Positions 28,145 through 37,504 of a DNA stretch of 64,000 bases are shown one piece after another. The stretch covers positions 416,001 to 480,000 of the forward strand of contig CAWCKJ010000003.1 in the NCBI GenBank assembly GCA_963796105.1. The letters run 5' to 3'. The position numbers and the translations under genes were made by a program. This stretch comes from a candidate division FCPU426 bacterium (GTDB lineage: Bacteria; Oederibacteriota; Muellerivitia; Muellerivitales; Muellerivitaceae). The first letter of the stretch is position 1. Every line of letters starts with the position of its first letter. The notes beneath the pieces are model-generated. The model was not told the DNA's origin. It did not search any database and worked only from the letters and a program-made list of their open reading frames with translations.

Positions 28145-29500
28145 TCAATTTAAAAATACTTTTGATTTTTGAAGAGTTTCACTCCATTTTGTTTCTTCCT
28201 CACGAGTTTGTCTTAAAAACGCTTGAACACTGTCCAGTTTTTGAATCGCCACATCAACCTTGTGATTAGTTCCCTTCACATAAGCGCCTATCGCGATTAA
28301 ATCTTCTACACTTTTATAGGTTGCCAAAATTGACCGAATATTTTCTGCGGCTTCGAGTTGTTCTTTGGTGACAATATCCCTCATAACTCTTGAAACGCTA
28401 TTTAAAACATCAATTGCAGGATAATGATTTTGCGATGCCAACTCCCTTGATAAAACTATATGCCCATCCAAAATGGCGCGACAAGTGTCAGAGATCGGAT
28501 CATTCATATCGTCCGCTTCTACTAAAATTGTGTACAAACCCGTGATACTTCCTTGATGAGATGTAGTTCCCGCTCTTTCTAATACTTTGGGTAAAAGGGC
28601 AAATACCGATGGTGTATATCCCTTCGTCGTAGGTGGTTCCCCTATTGCCAATCCCACTTCTCTTTGTGCCATTGCAAACCTTGTAACTGAATCCATCATC
28701 AGCATTACTTTATTTCCTTTATCACGAAAATACTCTGCAATTGTAGTAGCCACCAGAGCCGCTTGAATTCGAATGAGTGAAGGTTGATCGGAGGTTGCTA
28801 CAACGACCACACTACGAGACAATCCTTTTTTTCCAAGGTCTCTTTCCAAGAAATCTCTTACTTCTCTTCCTCTTTCCCCGACTAATGCGATCACATTAAT
28901 ATCTGCTTCAGTCTGTTTAGCAATCATTCCCAATAATGTGCTTTTACCAACTCCAGAACCAGAAAATATTCCAAGTCGTTGACCCTCACCCAATGTTAAT
29001 AACGAATCAATAGCGCGTACGCCAGTTGCAACATGAGTGTTTATTCTTCTACGGTCCATAGCAGGAGGGGGGTCCCGATGAATCGGGTATTTTTCATCCA
29101 ACGGAAAAATTGGACCATTACCATCTATAGATTTTCCCATAGCATCTATGACTCGTCCTAAGAGCCCATTTCCAACAGAAATCTTAAATGGAGCGCCAGT
29201 TTTAACAACCTCACTTCCAGGCCCTAATCCTCTCATCTCGCCTAAGGGCATCAACAATACGTGATGTTGTCTAAATCCAACCACTTCCGCCAATAAAGGC
29301 GATCCTTTCCCATCCGCTGGAGTTATCCAGCAAGCTTCCCCTACGGAAGCAATAGGCCCAGATGACTCAATAACTAAACCAACGACTTGTTCAACTTTTC
29401 CGTTTATTTTCGTTAATTCTGTTTGATTAATACAATCTTTAAGAACGCTTAATGGAGGTAGAATTTCATTTAACAAAGAGTTCAATTCATACCTCCTCAA
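28145..29500 (-). CDS. fliI: Flagellar export ATPase FliI
   Basis: GSGVGKST, GERGREV, DSVTRFAMAQRE, DGHIVLSR. The start is probably TTG at 29485, after GAGGAGG. Confidence 0.96.
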   Translation of the reverse strand: MRRYELNSLLNEILPPLSVLKDCINQTELTKINGKVEQVVGLVIESSGPIASVGEACWITPADGKGSPLLAEVVGFRQHHVLLMPLGEMRGLGPGSEVVKTGAPFKISVGNGLLGRVIDAMGKSIDGNGPIFPLDEKYPIHRDPPPAMDRRRINTHVATGVRAIDSLLTLGEGQRLGIFSGSGVGKSTLLGMIAKQTEADINVIALVGERGREVRDFLERDLGKKGLSRSVVVVATSDQPSLIRIQAALVATTIAEYFRDKGNKVMLMMDSVTRFAMAQREVGLAIGEPPTTKGYTPSVFALLPKVLERAGTTSHQGSITGLYTILVEADDMNDPISDTCRAILDGHIVLSRELASQNHYPAIDVLNSVSRVMRDIVTKEQLEAAENIRSILATYKSVEDLIAIGAYVKGTNHKVDVAIQKLDSVQAFLRQTREEETKWSETLQKSKVFLN

Positions 29501-29504
29501 GGTC

Positions 29505-30416
29505 TTAACGTATTAATTCACTTTCTAAATTTTGTTTAATCTGATCGGCAACCGTCGTTAAACGAGAATCAATCGTTCCCGCTTCAGTCTCTAGCAAGCA
29601 TCCACCAACTTCAATTCTGGAGTCCGGAATAATTTCAAGTTGCTTAGCCCCCACAGACAATGCTAAAAATTCTTTGTTTTTCTCAACTTCCAAAAAATCA
29701 TTAGGGTTAACATGCAACTTAAAATTAATCCTATCCTGCGCTTTCTTTAAGACTATTTCAGCAAAACCTATGACCAAATTTTTGTAATTTTTAGAAATTT
29801 CACTTAAACAAAGTCGTAAAGATTCATCAACAAGTTCTATAAGAATAGGCTTTAATTCAAATAAAAGTTTTTTTCTTTGTCCTAATAAGTCTTCGCCTAT
29901 TTTAACCCAATTTTTTATGAGTTCCTGATATGTTTCTTTTCCCTCTTGTTTTCCTCTTTCAAAACCATCGATATGTCCACTCTTGAATCCTTCTTCATAT
30001 CCTTCTTTAGTTCTTTCAGTTTTTAAATTCAAAATATCTTTTTCAGCTTCTTCCTTCAGTTTTTCAATAAGATCATTCCCATCCCAACGAGCCTTCTCCA
30101 AAAACTCAAATGCATTCTTTTTCGCAATCTGTTCAATTTTCAAAGCCTCTTGTACAGCATCCTCTTTAGCCTTAATTATTATTTCATCAGGAGACTCTAA
30201 ATCTTTTGTCAATGAACTGTTTTTTAAAACCTTGTCATTAAAATCCGAAAAATCGAAAGATTGTACAGGTAATGTGTTTTTATCAATTACCCACATTTCA
30301 CCAGGCGTTTTTTGTTTCAACCTTTTTTTTATTTCTTTTTGCCAATCCAAATTATCAAGCAAAAAATTAACATCAGATATTTGATATTGATCATTCCCCA
30401 AAACTTCACGACCCAT
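29505..30416 (-). CDS. fliH: FliH
   Basis: GxxxG repeats (EGYEEGFKSGHIDGFERG), LHVNPND, GGCLLETEAGTIDSR. Confidence 0.9.
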   Translation of the reverse strand: MGREVLGNDQYQISDVNFLLDNLDWQKEIKKRLKQKTPGEMWVIDKNTLPVQSFDFSDFNDKVLKNSSLTKDLESPDEIIIKAKEDAVQEALKIEQIAKKNAFEFLEKARWDGNDLIEKLKEEAEKDILNLKTERTKEGYEEGFKSGHIDGFERGKQEGKETYQELIKNWVKIGEDLLGQRKKLLFELKPILIELVDESLRLCLSEISKNYKNLVIGFAEIVLKKAQDRINFKLHVNPNDFLEVEKNKEFLALSVGAKQLEIIPDSRIEVGGCLLETEAGTIDSRLTTVADQIKQNLESELIR

Positions 30417-30444
30417 TTTTTCCCATTCTCGAAAGAAATTTCTT

Positions 30445-31464
30445 CTAAATCATTACTTCTTCTTCGCCGCCACGCGCAACAACAATTTCCCCCATTTCTT
30501 CCAGTTGTCTGACAACATTAACGATTTTTTGCTGCGCTTCCTCCGCGTGTTTCAGTCGAACAGGTCCCATTACTTCCATATCTTCCAAAATCATTGCCTT
30601 AGCTCTGCTTGACATGTTTTTCAGTAAGAGCTCCTTCACTTCTTCTTTGGCGCCCTTAAGTGCTAATGCTAAATCTTTCGCGTCTACTTCGCGTAACACT
30701 TGTTGAATAGTACGGTTATCCAAATTTATAAGGTCGTCAAAAACAAACATCAGACGTTTTACTTCCTCAGCTAACTCTGGATTTGATTCTTCAAGTTTTT
30801 CCATGATAGCTTTTTCAGTAGAACGATCAGCACGATTTAAAACCTCAGCCAAAGAACGAACCCCACCTGCAGCAGTAAACTCCTGTGTGAATATCGAAGA
30901 TATGCGACGCTCTAAAACTCTTTCAATTTCCATAACAACATCTGGAGCCGCACGGTCTAACACAGCAATTCGGGTCGCAACATCAACTTGGACATCACCT
31001 GATAAATGTCCAAGAATTGTAGCCGCATGATCGGGAGTCAAATGAGCCAATATCAACGCAATAGTTTGGGGGTGTTCTGACTGAATAAAATTTAACAACT
31101 GTTGAGGGTCTGTCCTTTTAATATAATCAAAAGGCGTCATCTGCAAGGAGCCCTGCAACCGATTAATAATCTCCATTGCCTTATTGGCGCCCAGTGCTCT
31201 TTCTAATATTTCATGGGCATACTCAACCCCGCCTTGAGAAATGTACTCTTGAGCAGCGGCAATATTCAATACTTCCTGCATCACAGAATCTTTTTCATCA
31301 GGTGTGATTTTTCTTAAATTCGCAATTTGAAGAGTTACCTGTTCAACCGTTTCTTCTTTCAAATGTTGGTATATTTTCGAAGCCAAATCCGGCCCCAATG
31401 AAATAAGAAGAGCCGCAGCCTTTTGTTCACCTGATAAAATTGTTTTTTTCTTGGTTTCCGCCAT
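30445..31464 (-). CDS. fliG: Rotor protein FliG
   Basis: QKAAALLISLG, GGVEYA, EHPQTIALIL, MFVFDDL, NMSSRA. Confidence 0.97.
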   Translation of the reverse strand: MAETKKKTILSGEQKAAALLISLGPDLASKIYQHLKEETVEQVTLQIANLRKITPDEKDSVMQEVLNIAAAQEYISQGGVEYAHEILERALGANKAMEIINRLQGSLQMTPFDYIKRTDPQQLLNFIQSEHPQTIALILAHLTPDHAATILGHLSGDVQVDVATRIAVLDRAAPDVVMEIERVLERRISSIFTQEFTAAGGVRSLAEVLNRADRSTEKAIMEKLEESNPELAEEVKRLMFVFDDLINLDNRTIQQVLREVDAKDLALALKGAKEEVKELLLKNMSSRAKAMILEDMEVMGPVRLKHAEEAQQKIVNVVRQLEEMGEIVVARGGEEEVMI

Positions 31465-31470
31465 GGAAAG

Positions 31471-33126
31471 CTACTCCTCAGAAAGCCATTTCTTTATAAT
31501 TTGTGCAACATTTTCAGGATTCTTATTCGCCATTTCAAATACTTCTTTTCTTACCGCTTCACGCTTCTTTGCATCACGTGCAGCCTCAGCCCTCGCTAAG
31601 TCTTCTGCTGTCACATCGGTTGTAATGATATCTTCAACTTGAGGCGTCATTATGGGTTCCTCAAGTTCCAAATCATCTAAATTTTCCACAAACTTTTTTT
31701 CTTTCTTTGGTTTCAACATAGATCTTAAGAAAAGAAGCACCCCCAAAGCCATTAATACCAGAAGTCCTATTTTCCCAAGCGTTAAATAAAAGTTTTGTTG
31801 GGTTTCCATTCGATTCTCCTTCAAACTTGCCACTTCTTGGGAATTATCAAACGGCATATTTTCCACAGCTACCTGATCACCACGGTTTAAATCCATACCA
31901 GCTGCAGCAATAACAGCTGTCTTAATCGCCTCAACTTGTTGAGGTTGCAAATTATCAACAAACACACCAACCGATATCCGTTTAGGTGATCCCGGAGCTA
32001 CAACATTATGTTTAACAGTACGATTAACTTCATAGTTAGTAGTATTTTCTTCTTTCGAATACTGTGCATTGCTACCAGCAACAGCTTGATAGCCCGGAAT
32101 ATTAGAATCGGTACCAGGGACACCCCCGACAAAAGTTGAGGGAAAACCACCATCACCAACATATTGCTCTTTTTTAACTTGGCTTGAACGCGCAATTCCC
32201 TGCCCATCAACAACGGGTTCAAATATTTCAGAATCATTTTCTGTTTTATCAAAATTAAGTTCAGCAGAAACAGATACAGCGATTCGATTATTTCCGCCCA
32301 TAACTTTCGTCAACATGGAAGTGATTTTTCGTTCTAAATCTTTTTCAAAATTTTGTTGTACTTCCAACTGATGAAGAGTAAGTTTCGCCTGTTGAGTAAG
32401 CGTACCGCCATTATTTAGGTTATCCGAATTATTGTCAGCAGCCTCTTCTTGTAAAAAGCTTGAGAGAATGTTTCCCTTGCTATCAATAACCTCTACATTT
32501 TCTGTTTTTAAACCTTCAACGCTCGCAGCCACTAAATGAACAATTCCACGAACTTGTTCTTTTTTCAATATGGCATCTTGCTTAAGTTGCAACACAACCG
32601 AGGCTGTTGTCGGTTTTTCTTTCTCTGTAAACAACTCCGGTTCTGGAATAACTATACTAACCCGGGCATTTTCAATTTGCTGCAAATTACCAATTGTTCT
32701 CTGTAATTCGCCTTCCAATGCTCTTTTATAATTCACTTTCTGGGTGAAATCAGTTGTTCCCCATTTAGGTTGATCGAAAATCTCATAACCAACACCACTA
32801 CCACGGGGCAAACCTTGACCCGCCAAATTTAAACGCGTATCGTATACTTTTTCCGAAGGCACCAATACTAAAACATAACTATCTTTACTCCCCAATCGAT
32901 AGGGAATGTTTTCCTTTTTCAATTCAGCTGTTACTTCTGCGGCATCTTTCTGGTCTAAATGAGAATACAAAACCTCATAATGCGAACGAGTTGAGATAAA
33001 AATAAAAATAATTAGTGAAAAAAACAATAAAACGGGAATAACGATCAGTAAAGTCTTTTGCAACCTATTAAACTTCCCCCACACTTCTTTAAACTGCTGG
33101 ATTAATTGTTGTAAAAAATTATTCAA
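31471..33126 (-). CDS. fliF: MS-ring protein FliF
   Basis: GYEIFD, YKRALEGELQRTI, PTASVVL, LVAASVEGL, NYEVNR, RGDQV, IIKKWL. Confidence 0.95.
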   Translation of the reverse strand: MNNFLQQLIQQFKEVWGKFNRLQKTLLIVIPVLLFFSLIIFIFISTRSHYEVLYSHLDQKDAAEVTAELKKENIPYRLGSKDSYVLVLVPSEKVYDTRLNLAGQGLPRGSGVGYEIFDQPKWGTTDFTQKVNYKRALEGELQRTIGNLQQIENARVSIVIPEPELFTEKEKPTTASVVLQLKQDAILKKEQVRGIVHLVAASVEGLKTENVEVIDSKGNILSSFLQEEAADNNSDNLNNGGTLTQQAKLTLHQLEVQQNFEKDLERKITSMLTKVMGGNNRIAVSVSAELNFDKTENDSEIFEPVVDGQGIARSSQVKKEQYVGDGGFPSTFVGGVPGTDSNIPGYQAVAGSNAQYSKEENTTNYEVNRTVKHNVVAPGSPKRISVGVFVDNLQPQQVEAIKTAVIAAAGMDLNRGDQVAVENMPFDNSQEVASLKENRMETQQNFYLTLGKIGLLVLMALGVLLFLRSMLKPKKEKKFVENLDDLELEEPIMTPQVEDIITTDVTAEDLARAEAARDAKKREAVRKEVFEMANKNPENVAQIIKKWLSEE

Positions 33127-33185
33127 TTTTCATCATCCTTAAATTACTAGTTGTATCCGCCGAATCGCACCTTAATGATAATAAA

Positions 33186-33512
33186 TTAAATTTGCATTTG
33201 AATAACAGATTGATACGCCTCTAACATTTTATTACGTATTTGTATTGCATATTGCAAAGAAATGCTAGCTTTTTCCATTGATATAATTACATCATGAAGA
33301 TTATCAGTACCACCGCTTGCTATATTTTTTATTGAATCATTGGCACCAACTTGACTAGCATTTAAATCATTTAAAGCTTTCTTCAATAAATCTTTAAAAT
33401 TAGCAGGAGAAACCTCCGCAACATTGTTCAAATTTGATTCAGTAAGAGGATTTGTAAAAGAAGGTAAAACTTGTGTTAATGATATCGGCATTTGAATTGG
33501 TTGAATTTCCAT
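33186..33512 (-). CDS. fliE: FliE
   Basis: FKDLLKKAL...NLHDVIISMEKASISLQYAIQIRNKMLEAYQSVIQMQI. Confidence 0.93.
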   Translation of the reverse strand: MEIQPIQMPISLTQVLPSFTNPLTESNLNNVAEVSPANFKDLLKKALNDLNASQVGANDSIKNIASGGTDNLHDVIISMEKASISLQYAIQIRNKMLEAYQSVIQMQI

Positions 33513-33538
33513 TATCAAACCTTAAAAAGTATTCTAAC

Positions 33539-33994
33539 TTACTTCCCTATTCCTAATGCTTGAAGTGCCATGGACTTTGTGGCATTAAAAGCTGTGATAT
33601 TGGCCTCATATGCTCTTGTTGCTGAAATAAGATCTACCATTTCATTTACCACATTAACATTTGGATAAGCCACGTAACCTTCCGCATTCGCGTCAGGATG
33701 ACCAGGATCAAAAACCATACGTGGCGGAGACGGATCTTTTTGAATGCCTGTAACTCTAACTCCAGCAGGTAATCCATCTGTAGTCATCATGGATTCTAAA
33801 GGGGAAAATATTGGAGAAGCATCAAATCTCGGTGCAAAAACAACTCGTTGACGTATATATGGACCACCATCCATGGTCCGTGTTGTATTTGCGTTGGCAA
33901 TGTTATTTGAGATAACATCCATCCTCAAACGTTCTGCTGTTAAAGCAGAAGCTGAAATTGCAAAAGGAGCAAAAACCCCGGACAATGCACCCAT
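33539..33994 (-). CDS. flgC: Rod protein FlgC
   Basis: SASALTAERLRMDVISNNIANANTT, PGHPDA, YPNVNVVNEMVDLISATRAYEAN. Confidence 0.96.
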   Translation of the reverse strand: MGALSGVFAPFAISASALTAERLRMDVISNNIANANTTRTMDGGPYIRQRVVFAPRFDASPIFSPLESMMTTDGLPAGVRVTGIQKDPSPPRMVFDPGHPDANAEGYVAYPNVNVVNEMVDLISATRAYEANITAFNATKSMALQALGIGK

Positions 33995-33996
33995 GG

Positions 33997-34419
33997 TTAT
34001 TGCCTCCCTTCAGTAATTGAGTGTTTGATATTAGCCAAATACCTACCAGTCACATCTGCCAAGCTGTTATATATCAAGTTATTCTGTGCCAATAAACCTG
34101 ATTCCATCTCTAAATCCACGTTGTTTCCGTCATTGCGACCTATTGTTTCATTAACAGTATGAATATCAGGTTTAAAATCATCTAAAGAAATTTTTTGTGG
34201 AATAGGAAAATGCATCGGATTTGTGCACCAAAGAGGAGAATCTTGATTTTCGTTAAGAGCCATTTTCAACTTATCTTGAAAGGAAACTATTGAACGTTTA
34301 AATAACGGGGTATCTATATTAGCTAAATTGTTCGCAATGACTTGATGTTGGATGGAAATTGCATCAAGACTTTTTTGTAAAACAGTTAAAGGATCAATAA
34401 AAGCAACTGGGCTTATCAC
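33997..34419 (-). CDS. flgB: Rod protein FlgB
   Basis: HQVIANNLANIDTP.FKR, RNDGNNVDLEME. GTG start after GGGAG (ORF track extends to 34425). Confidence 0.94.
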   Translation of the reverse strand: MISPVAFIDPLTVLQKSLDAISIQHQVIANNLANIDTPLFKRSIVSFQDKLKMALNENQDSPLWCTNPMHFPIPQKISLDDFKPDIHTVNETIGRNDGNNVDLEMESGLLAQNNLIYNSLADVTGRYLANIKHSITEGRQ

Positions 34420-34524
34420 GCTCACTCCCGAGGAACAATAATAGATTAAAAAACGCCGTTAAATTCAAGCGCAATATCTCTAAAAAAAACTAAATCGAAT
34501 TCCTAATTAAGCAACTTAAAATTA

Positions 34525-34557
34525 TTGTCATTATGACAAAGGTTTTATGACTGTCAA
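34525..34557 (-). promoter_or_regulatory. Sigma-70-like promoter of the flgB operon overlapped by a perfect palindrome
   Basis: Minus strand TTGACA (34557-34552)-N16-CATAAT (34535-34530) with an extended TGn. Palindrome TTGTCAT-T-ATGACAA spans 34525-34539. Confidence 0.5.
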
Positions 34558-34640
34558 GAACTATGCAAGCAATAACCCCTGATTAATAAGGCTATTAAAC
34601 ACATTTTCCTTTTAAGGAATTAATACAAGCTTAAAAAGTT

Positions 34641-34901
34641 TTAATGTCGATAACCTACCACAACTAATTTTGTTTTATTGTTTTTCTCCTGGGCAAGGAG
34701 GGCTTTTATTCCCCGAAGATTTATCCCCTGTTCAGAAAAAAAAACAATTTTTTTGCACAGAAGAAAATCTTTTTTATTATAAACTCGTGTTCGATTTGCG
34801 CCAAAACGGGAGATCTTTATGAGACCAAGTCTTTCCCAATTTCTGAGGGTTTGCTCATGAACCCCAAGCCTAGATGCAATCTCAGTAATGGTTTGAAACA
34901 T
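34641..34901 (-). CDS. Small MerR-family HTH regulator (HspR-like)
   Basis: TITEIASRLGVHEQTLRNWERLGLI...RVYN...EQGINLRGIKALL. Confidence 0.85.
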   Translation of the reverse strand: MFQTITEIASRLGVHEQTLRNWERLGLIKISRFGANRTRVYNKKDFLLCKKIVFFSEQGINLRGIKALLAQEKNNKTKLVVVGYRH

Positions 34902-35027
34902 CGAAACCCTTTTTGTTGATAAATGCAATACTCAACAAGTTGATAACGGTATTGTAAATAGTCATTAGTTGCTTAAAAGCTTTAAGGATAAAGAAGCGTC
35001 TGTAAAATTAGATTTTCACTCCAAGCC

Positions 35028-35073
35028 ACACCATATATTGTGGGGTTATATTTTCAACTACTATATATTGTTT
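35028..35073. promoter_or_regulatory. Tandem NrdR-box-like sites
   Basis: ACACCATATATTGTGG (35028-35043) and CTACTATATATTGTTT (35058-35073) match the NrdR consensus acaCwATATATwGtgt; 30-bp period. Confidence 0.45.
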
Positions 35074-35086
35074 TTAACGACTTAAT

Positions 35087-37207
35087 TCAATTTCCCTTAT
35101 ATTTTTTGAAGCAGTTTCTACCATTTTTCTTTGCATCATATAGAGCAATATCCGCATTCATAATTAGTGTTTTCTGTTCTGAGGCGTCAAAAGGATAAGA
35201 AGCAATACCTAATGATATAGTCACATTATATGAAGTTTTCCCATTTCCCACAAATTCACATTTTTCAATCTTTTTTCTTATTCTTTCGGCCATTTCCATG
35301 GCACTATTTCCATCAATTTCAGGAAATATAATTGCGAATTCTTCCCCACCATATCTTGATAATGTATCTATTTTATTCCTAATTGTTGACTGGATTAATT
35401 CTGTAACTATTTTCAGTACTTTATCGCCTTCTTGATGTCCAAAAGTATCATTAAATTTTTTAAAGTGATCAACATCTAATAAAATAAGGCTTAAATCTTT
35501 GTTGTATCTTTCTGCTTTTACAATTTCCTCATAAAGTTTCTCTTGAAAATATCGATGATTATAAACACCAGTTAAACCGTCTTTAATCGCCATCTCTTGA
35601 ATTTGTTTAATCATCATTGCATTTTCTAATGCCATTGCCGTTTGATTAGCAAGTGTCGTTATAACATCTTTGTCATACTCTTGATAAGCGTTTGATTTAA
35701 TACTATTGAGTCTAATAATTCCGAGCATATTCTCGCCTGATAATAGCGGTATCATTAAAAACGACTTTATCGTTCCTAACATTCCTTCTTTTTTAGTGAA
35801 ATTTTGGGGTGTATTTTCTTTTTTCCCATCTGTGTAAAGAATAGGTTTTTTGTTCCCAATAATCCACGAAGTTAATTCATCTTCCAAACGAATTGATCTT
35901 CCCTTTTCTTGATCCGGACCCACCCAAGCGCAAATATCAAATCCCTTGTCGTCGCTCCGAATTAATGCAATTAAGGCAGAATCACTATTTGTCATTCGTA
36001 GAGCAGTTTTTAAAGACGTTTGCAAAACTTTATCAATATCAATGATATTTTTATTGAAAGAATTTGATAACTCATTTAGCTCTTGGAGATTTTTCGTCTT
36101 AACACTTGAAAAATGAAGAACACGAGAACCTTGTATAGTTTCAGCTAATGTTTTCACAAAGGAATCAATCAAATCTAATTGCAGTTCTGAAAACACATCT
36201 TGTTTTAAATGGTCCAATACTAAGACACCAACAAGCTCTTTTTCCTCTGTCAAATTCAATTCCGTATTTGAGCCAGTTATATAAATGGGTTGAATAATTA
36301 AAGATTTAATAGGTTGAGGCTTTAAATAATAAGGAAGCGCTGACGCACTTTCCGAAGTAATGGGGTCAAGGATTATTTTTCTTTTTTCCTTTGCAGTCAA
36401 GCCAATCAATGTTTCACCAATTAATATAGTTACATCTTGGGCTATTGATTCAGAATCAGTTGAAAACGCCCGAAGTCGCAAAACATTTTTATCGCCGATT
36501 GTTGTCACCAAAAAACAAGCCACCGTATAGGCTTGAATAGGTTTTTGAAATATTTTTAATTTTCTATTTAATGATTCCTCTAATTCCATAACAGTTCCGA
36601 CTCTTGCTGAAAATTTTTTCTCCTCACGTAAAAGATTATCTTTTTGCAAATTAAAAGAAGACGGTTCTGCTAATGTTGCTAAATTTTCCGCCTCTTCCTT
36701 GAGGAAATTCAAACGCAAATTAAGTTTTTCTTTTTCTTTTCTTGTTTTAACGATTTGGTTGAAAAATAATGCGGTAACTAGATAACCTGCCCAATGGAGG
36801 AAAAGAGGGAGATCTTCAGGAAGATTTTCATGATGAAATGAAATGGCTTCCAAAAAACCAAAAATTAACCCGGCAATAAAGCCATATACTGATTTGCCTT
36901 CCCATGCAACTACACCAATGAATAAGAAAGCAAAATAAATTAAAGGGGATTGATCACCACCTGTTCTTTGGATTAATAATTCAAATAAACTGATACTTCC
37001 TAAAACAATATAAAGCTTTAGTGGATTTATTAGTAATTTAAAGTGGATTAATAAAAATAACCACATACAGGCAAAACCCCAACAAACAAGTAAAGTTAAA
37101 GAATTCACTTGCAGTTGAGGTTTTATTAATAATCCACTAAGGGACAATAAAATAATCGAAGAAACAATTACAAATAAAGCGACTTTAAGAATCTTAAAAT
37201 TCTTCAA
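35087..37207 (-). CDS. Membrane-bound diguanylate cyclase (TM region, two GAF domains, GGEEF)
   Basis: Several N-terminal TM helices, two GAF-like repeats, DGLTGVYNHRYF, DVDHFKKFNDTFGHQEGD, RYGGEEF, ADIALYDAKKNGRN. Confidence 0.93.
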   Translation of the reverse strand: MKNFKILKVALFVIVSSIILLSLSGLLIKPQLQVNSLTLLVCWGFACMWLFLLIHFKLLINPLKLYIVLGSISLFELLIQRTGGDQSPLIYFAFLFIGVVAWEGKSVYGFIAGLIFGFLEAISFHHENLPEDLPLFLHWAGYLVTALFFNQIVKTRKEKEKLNLRLNFLKEEAENLATLAEPSSFNLQKDNLLREEKKFSARVGTVMELEESLNRKLKIFQKPIQAYTVACFLVTTIGDKNVLRLRAFSTDSESIAQDVTILIGETLIGLTAKEKRKIILDPITSESASALPYYLKPQPIKSLIIQPIYITGSNTELNLTEEKELVGVLVLDHLKQDVFSELQLDLIDSFVKTLAETIQGSRVLHFSSVKTKNLQELNELSNSFNKNIIDIDKVLQTSLKTALRMTNSDSALIALIRSDDKGFDICAWVGPDQEKGRSIRLEDELTSWIIGNKKPILYTDGKKENTPQNFTKKEGMLGTIKSFLMIPLLSGENMLGIIRLNSIKSNAYQEYDKDVITTLANQTAMALENAMMIKQIQEMAIKDGLTGVYNHRYFQEKLYEEIVKAERYNKDLSLILLDVDHFKKFNDTFGHQEGDKVLKIVTELIQSTIRNKIDTLSRYGGEEFAIIFPEIDGNSAMEMAERIRKKIEKCEFVGNGKTSYNVTISLGIASYPFDASEQKTLIMNADIALYDAKKNGRNCFKKYKGN

Positions 37208-37236
37208 TCTTAAACCTGTCTTAACAGAAAGATTTT

Positions 37237-37341
37237 TTAAAGTCGCCCTTGCCTTCTTAATAAAGCACGCATTTTACGTCGGTGTTTTTTCCTTTTATGC
37301 GTCTTAATTTTTTGGCGATGCCGTTTTTTTCCACAAGGCAT
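37237..37341 (-). CDS. Small basic protein of the bS22/AURKAIP1-COX24 (mS38) ribosomal family
   Basis: Hand translation: MPCGKKRHRQKIKTHKRKKHRRKMRALLRRQGRL* (34 aa), with a GGGAGG RBS. Matches the MPxGKKR...THKRKK pattern. Confidence 0.75.
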   Translation of the reverse strand: MPCGKKRHRQKIKTHKRKKHRRKMRALLRRQGRL

Positions 37342-37504
37342 TCAATTCCCTCCCGAGAAAATTCATTTTAATTTTCATACTTATTTTAATTTTCTAAATA
37401 AAGTTTAGTAATATTTAAGTTAAATAATTAATTTAATGTTTCAACATTTCTCAATAGTTTAACAGAGAAATATCAATGAAGTAAAATTGTTCATTAACAT
37501 GTTC

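Noticed and set aside
17594..33126. Non-flagellar type III injectisome
   Set aside because: motAB, fliG/M, rod and ring genes and flgK show that this export apparatus is flagellar.
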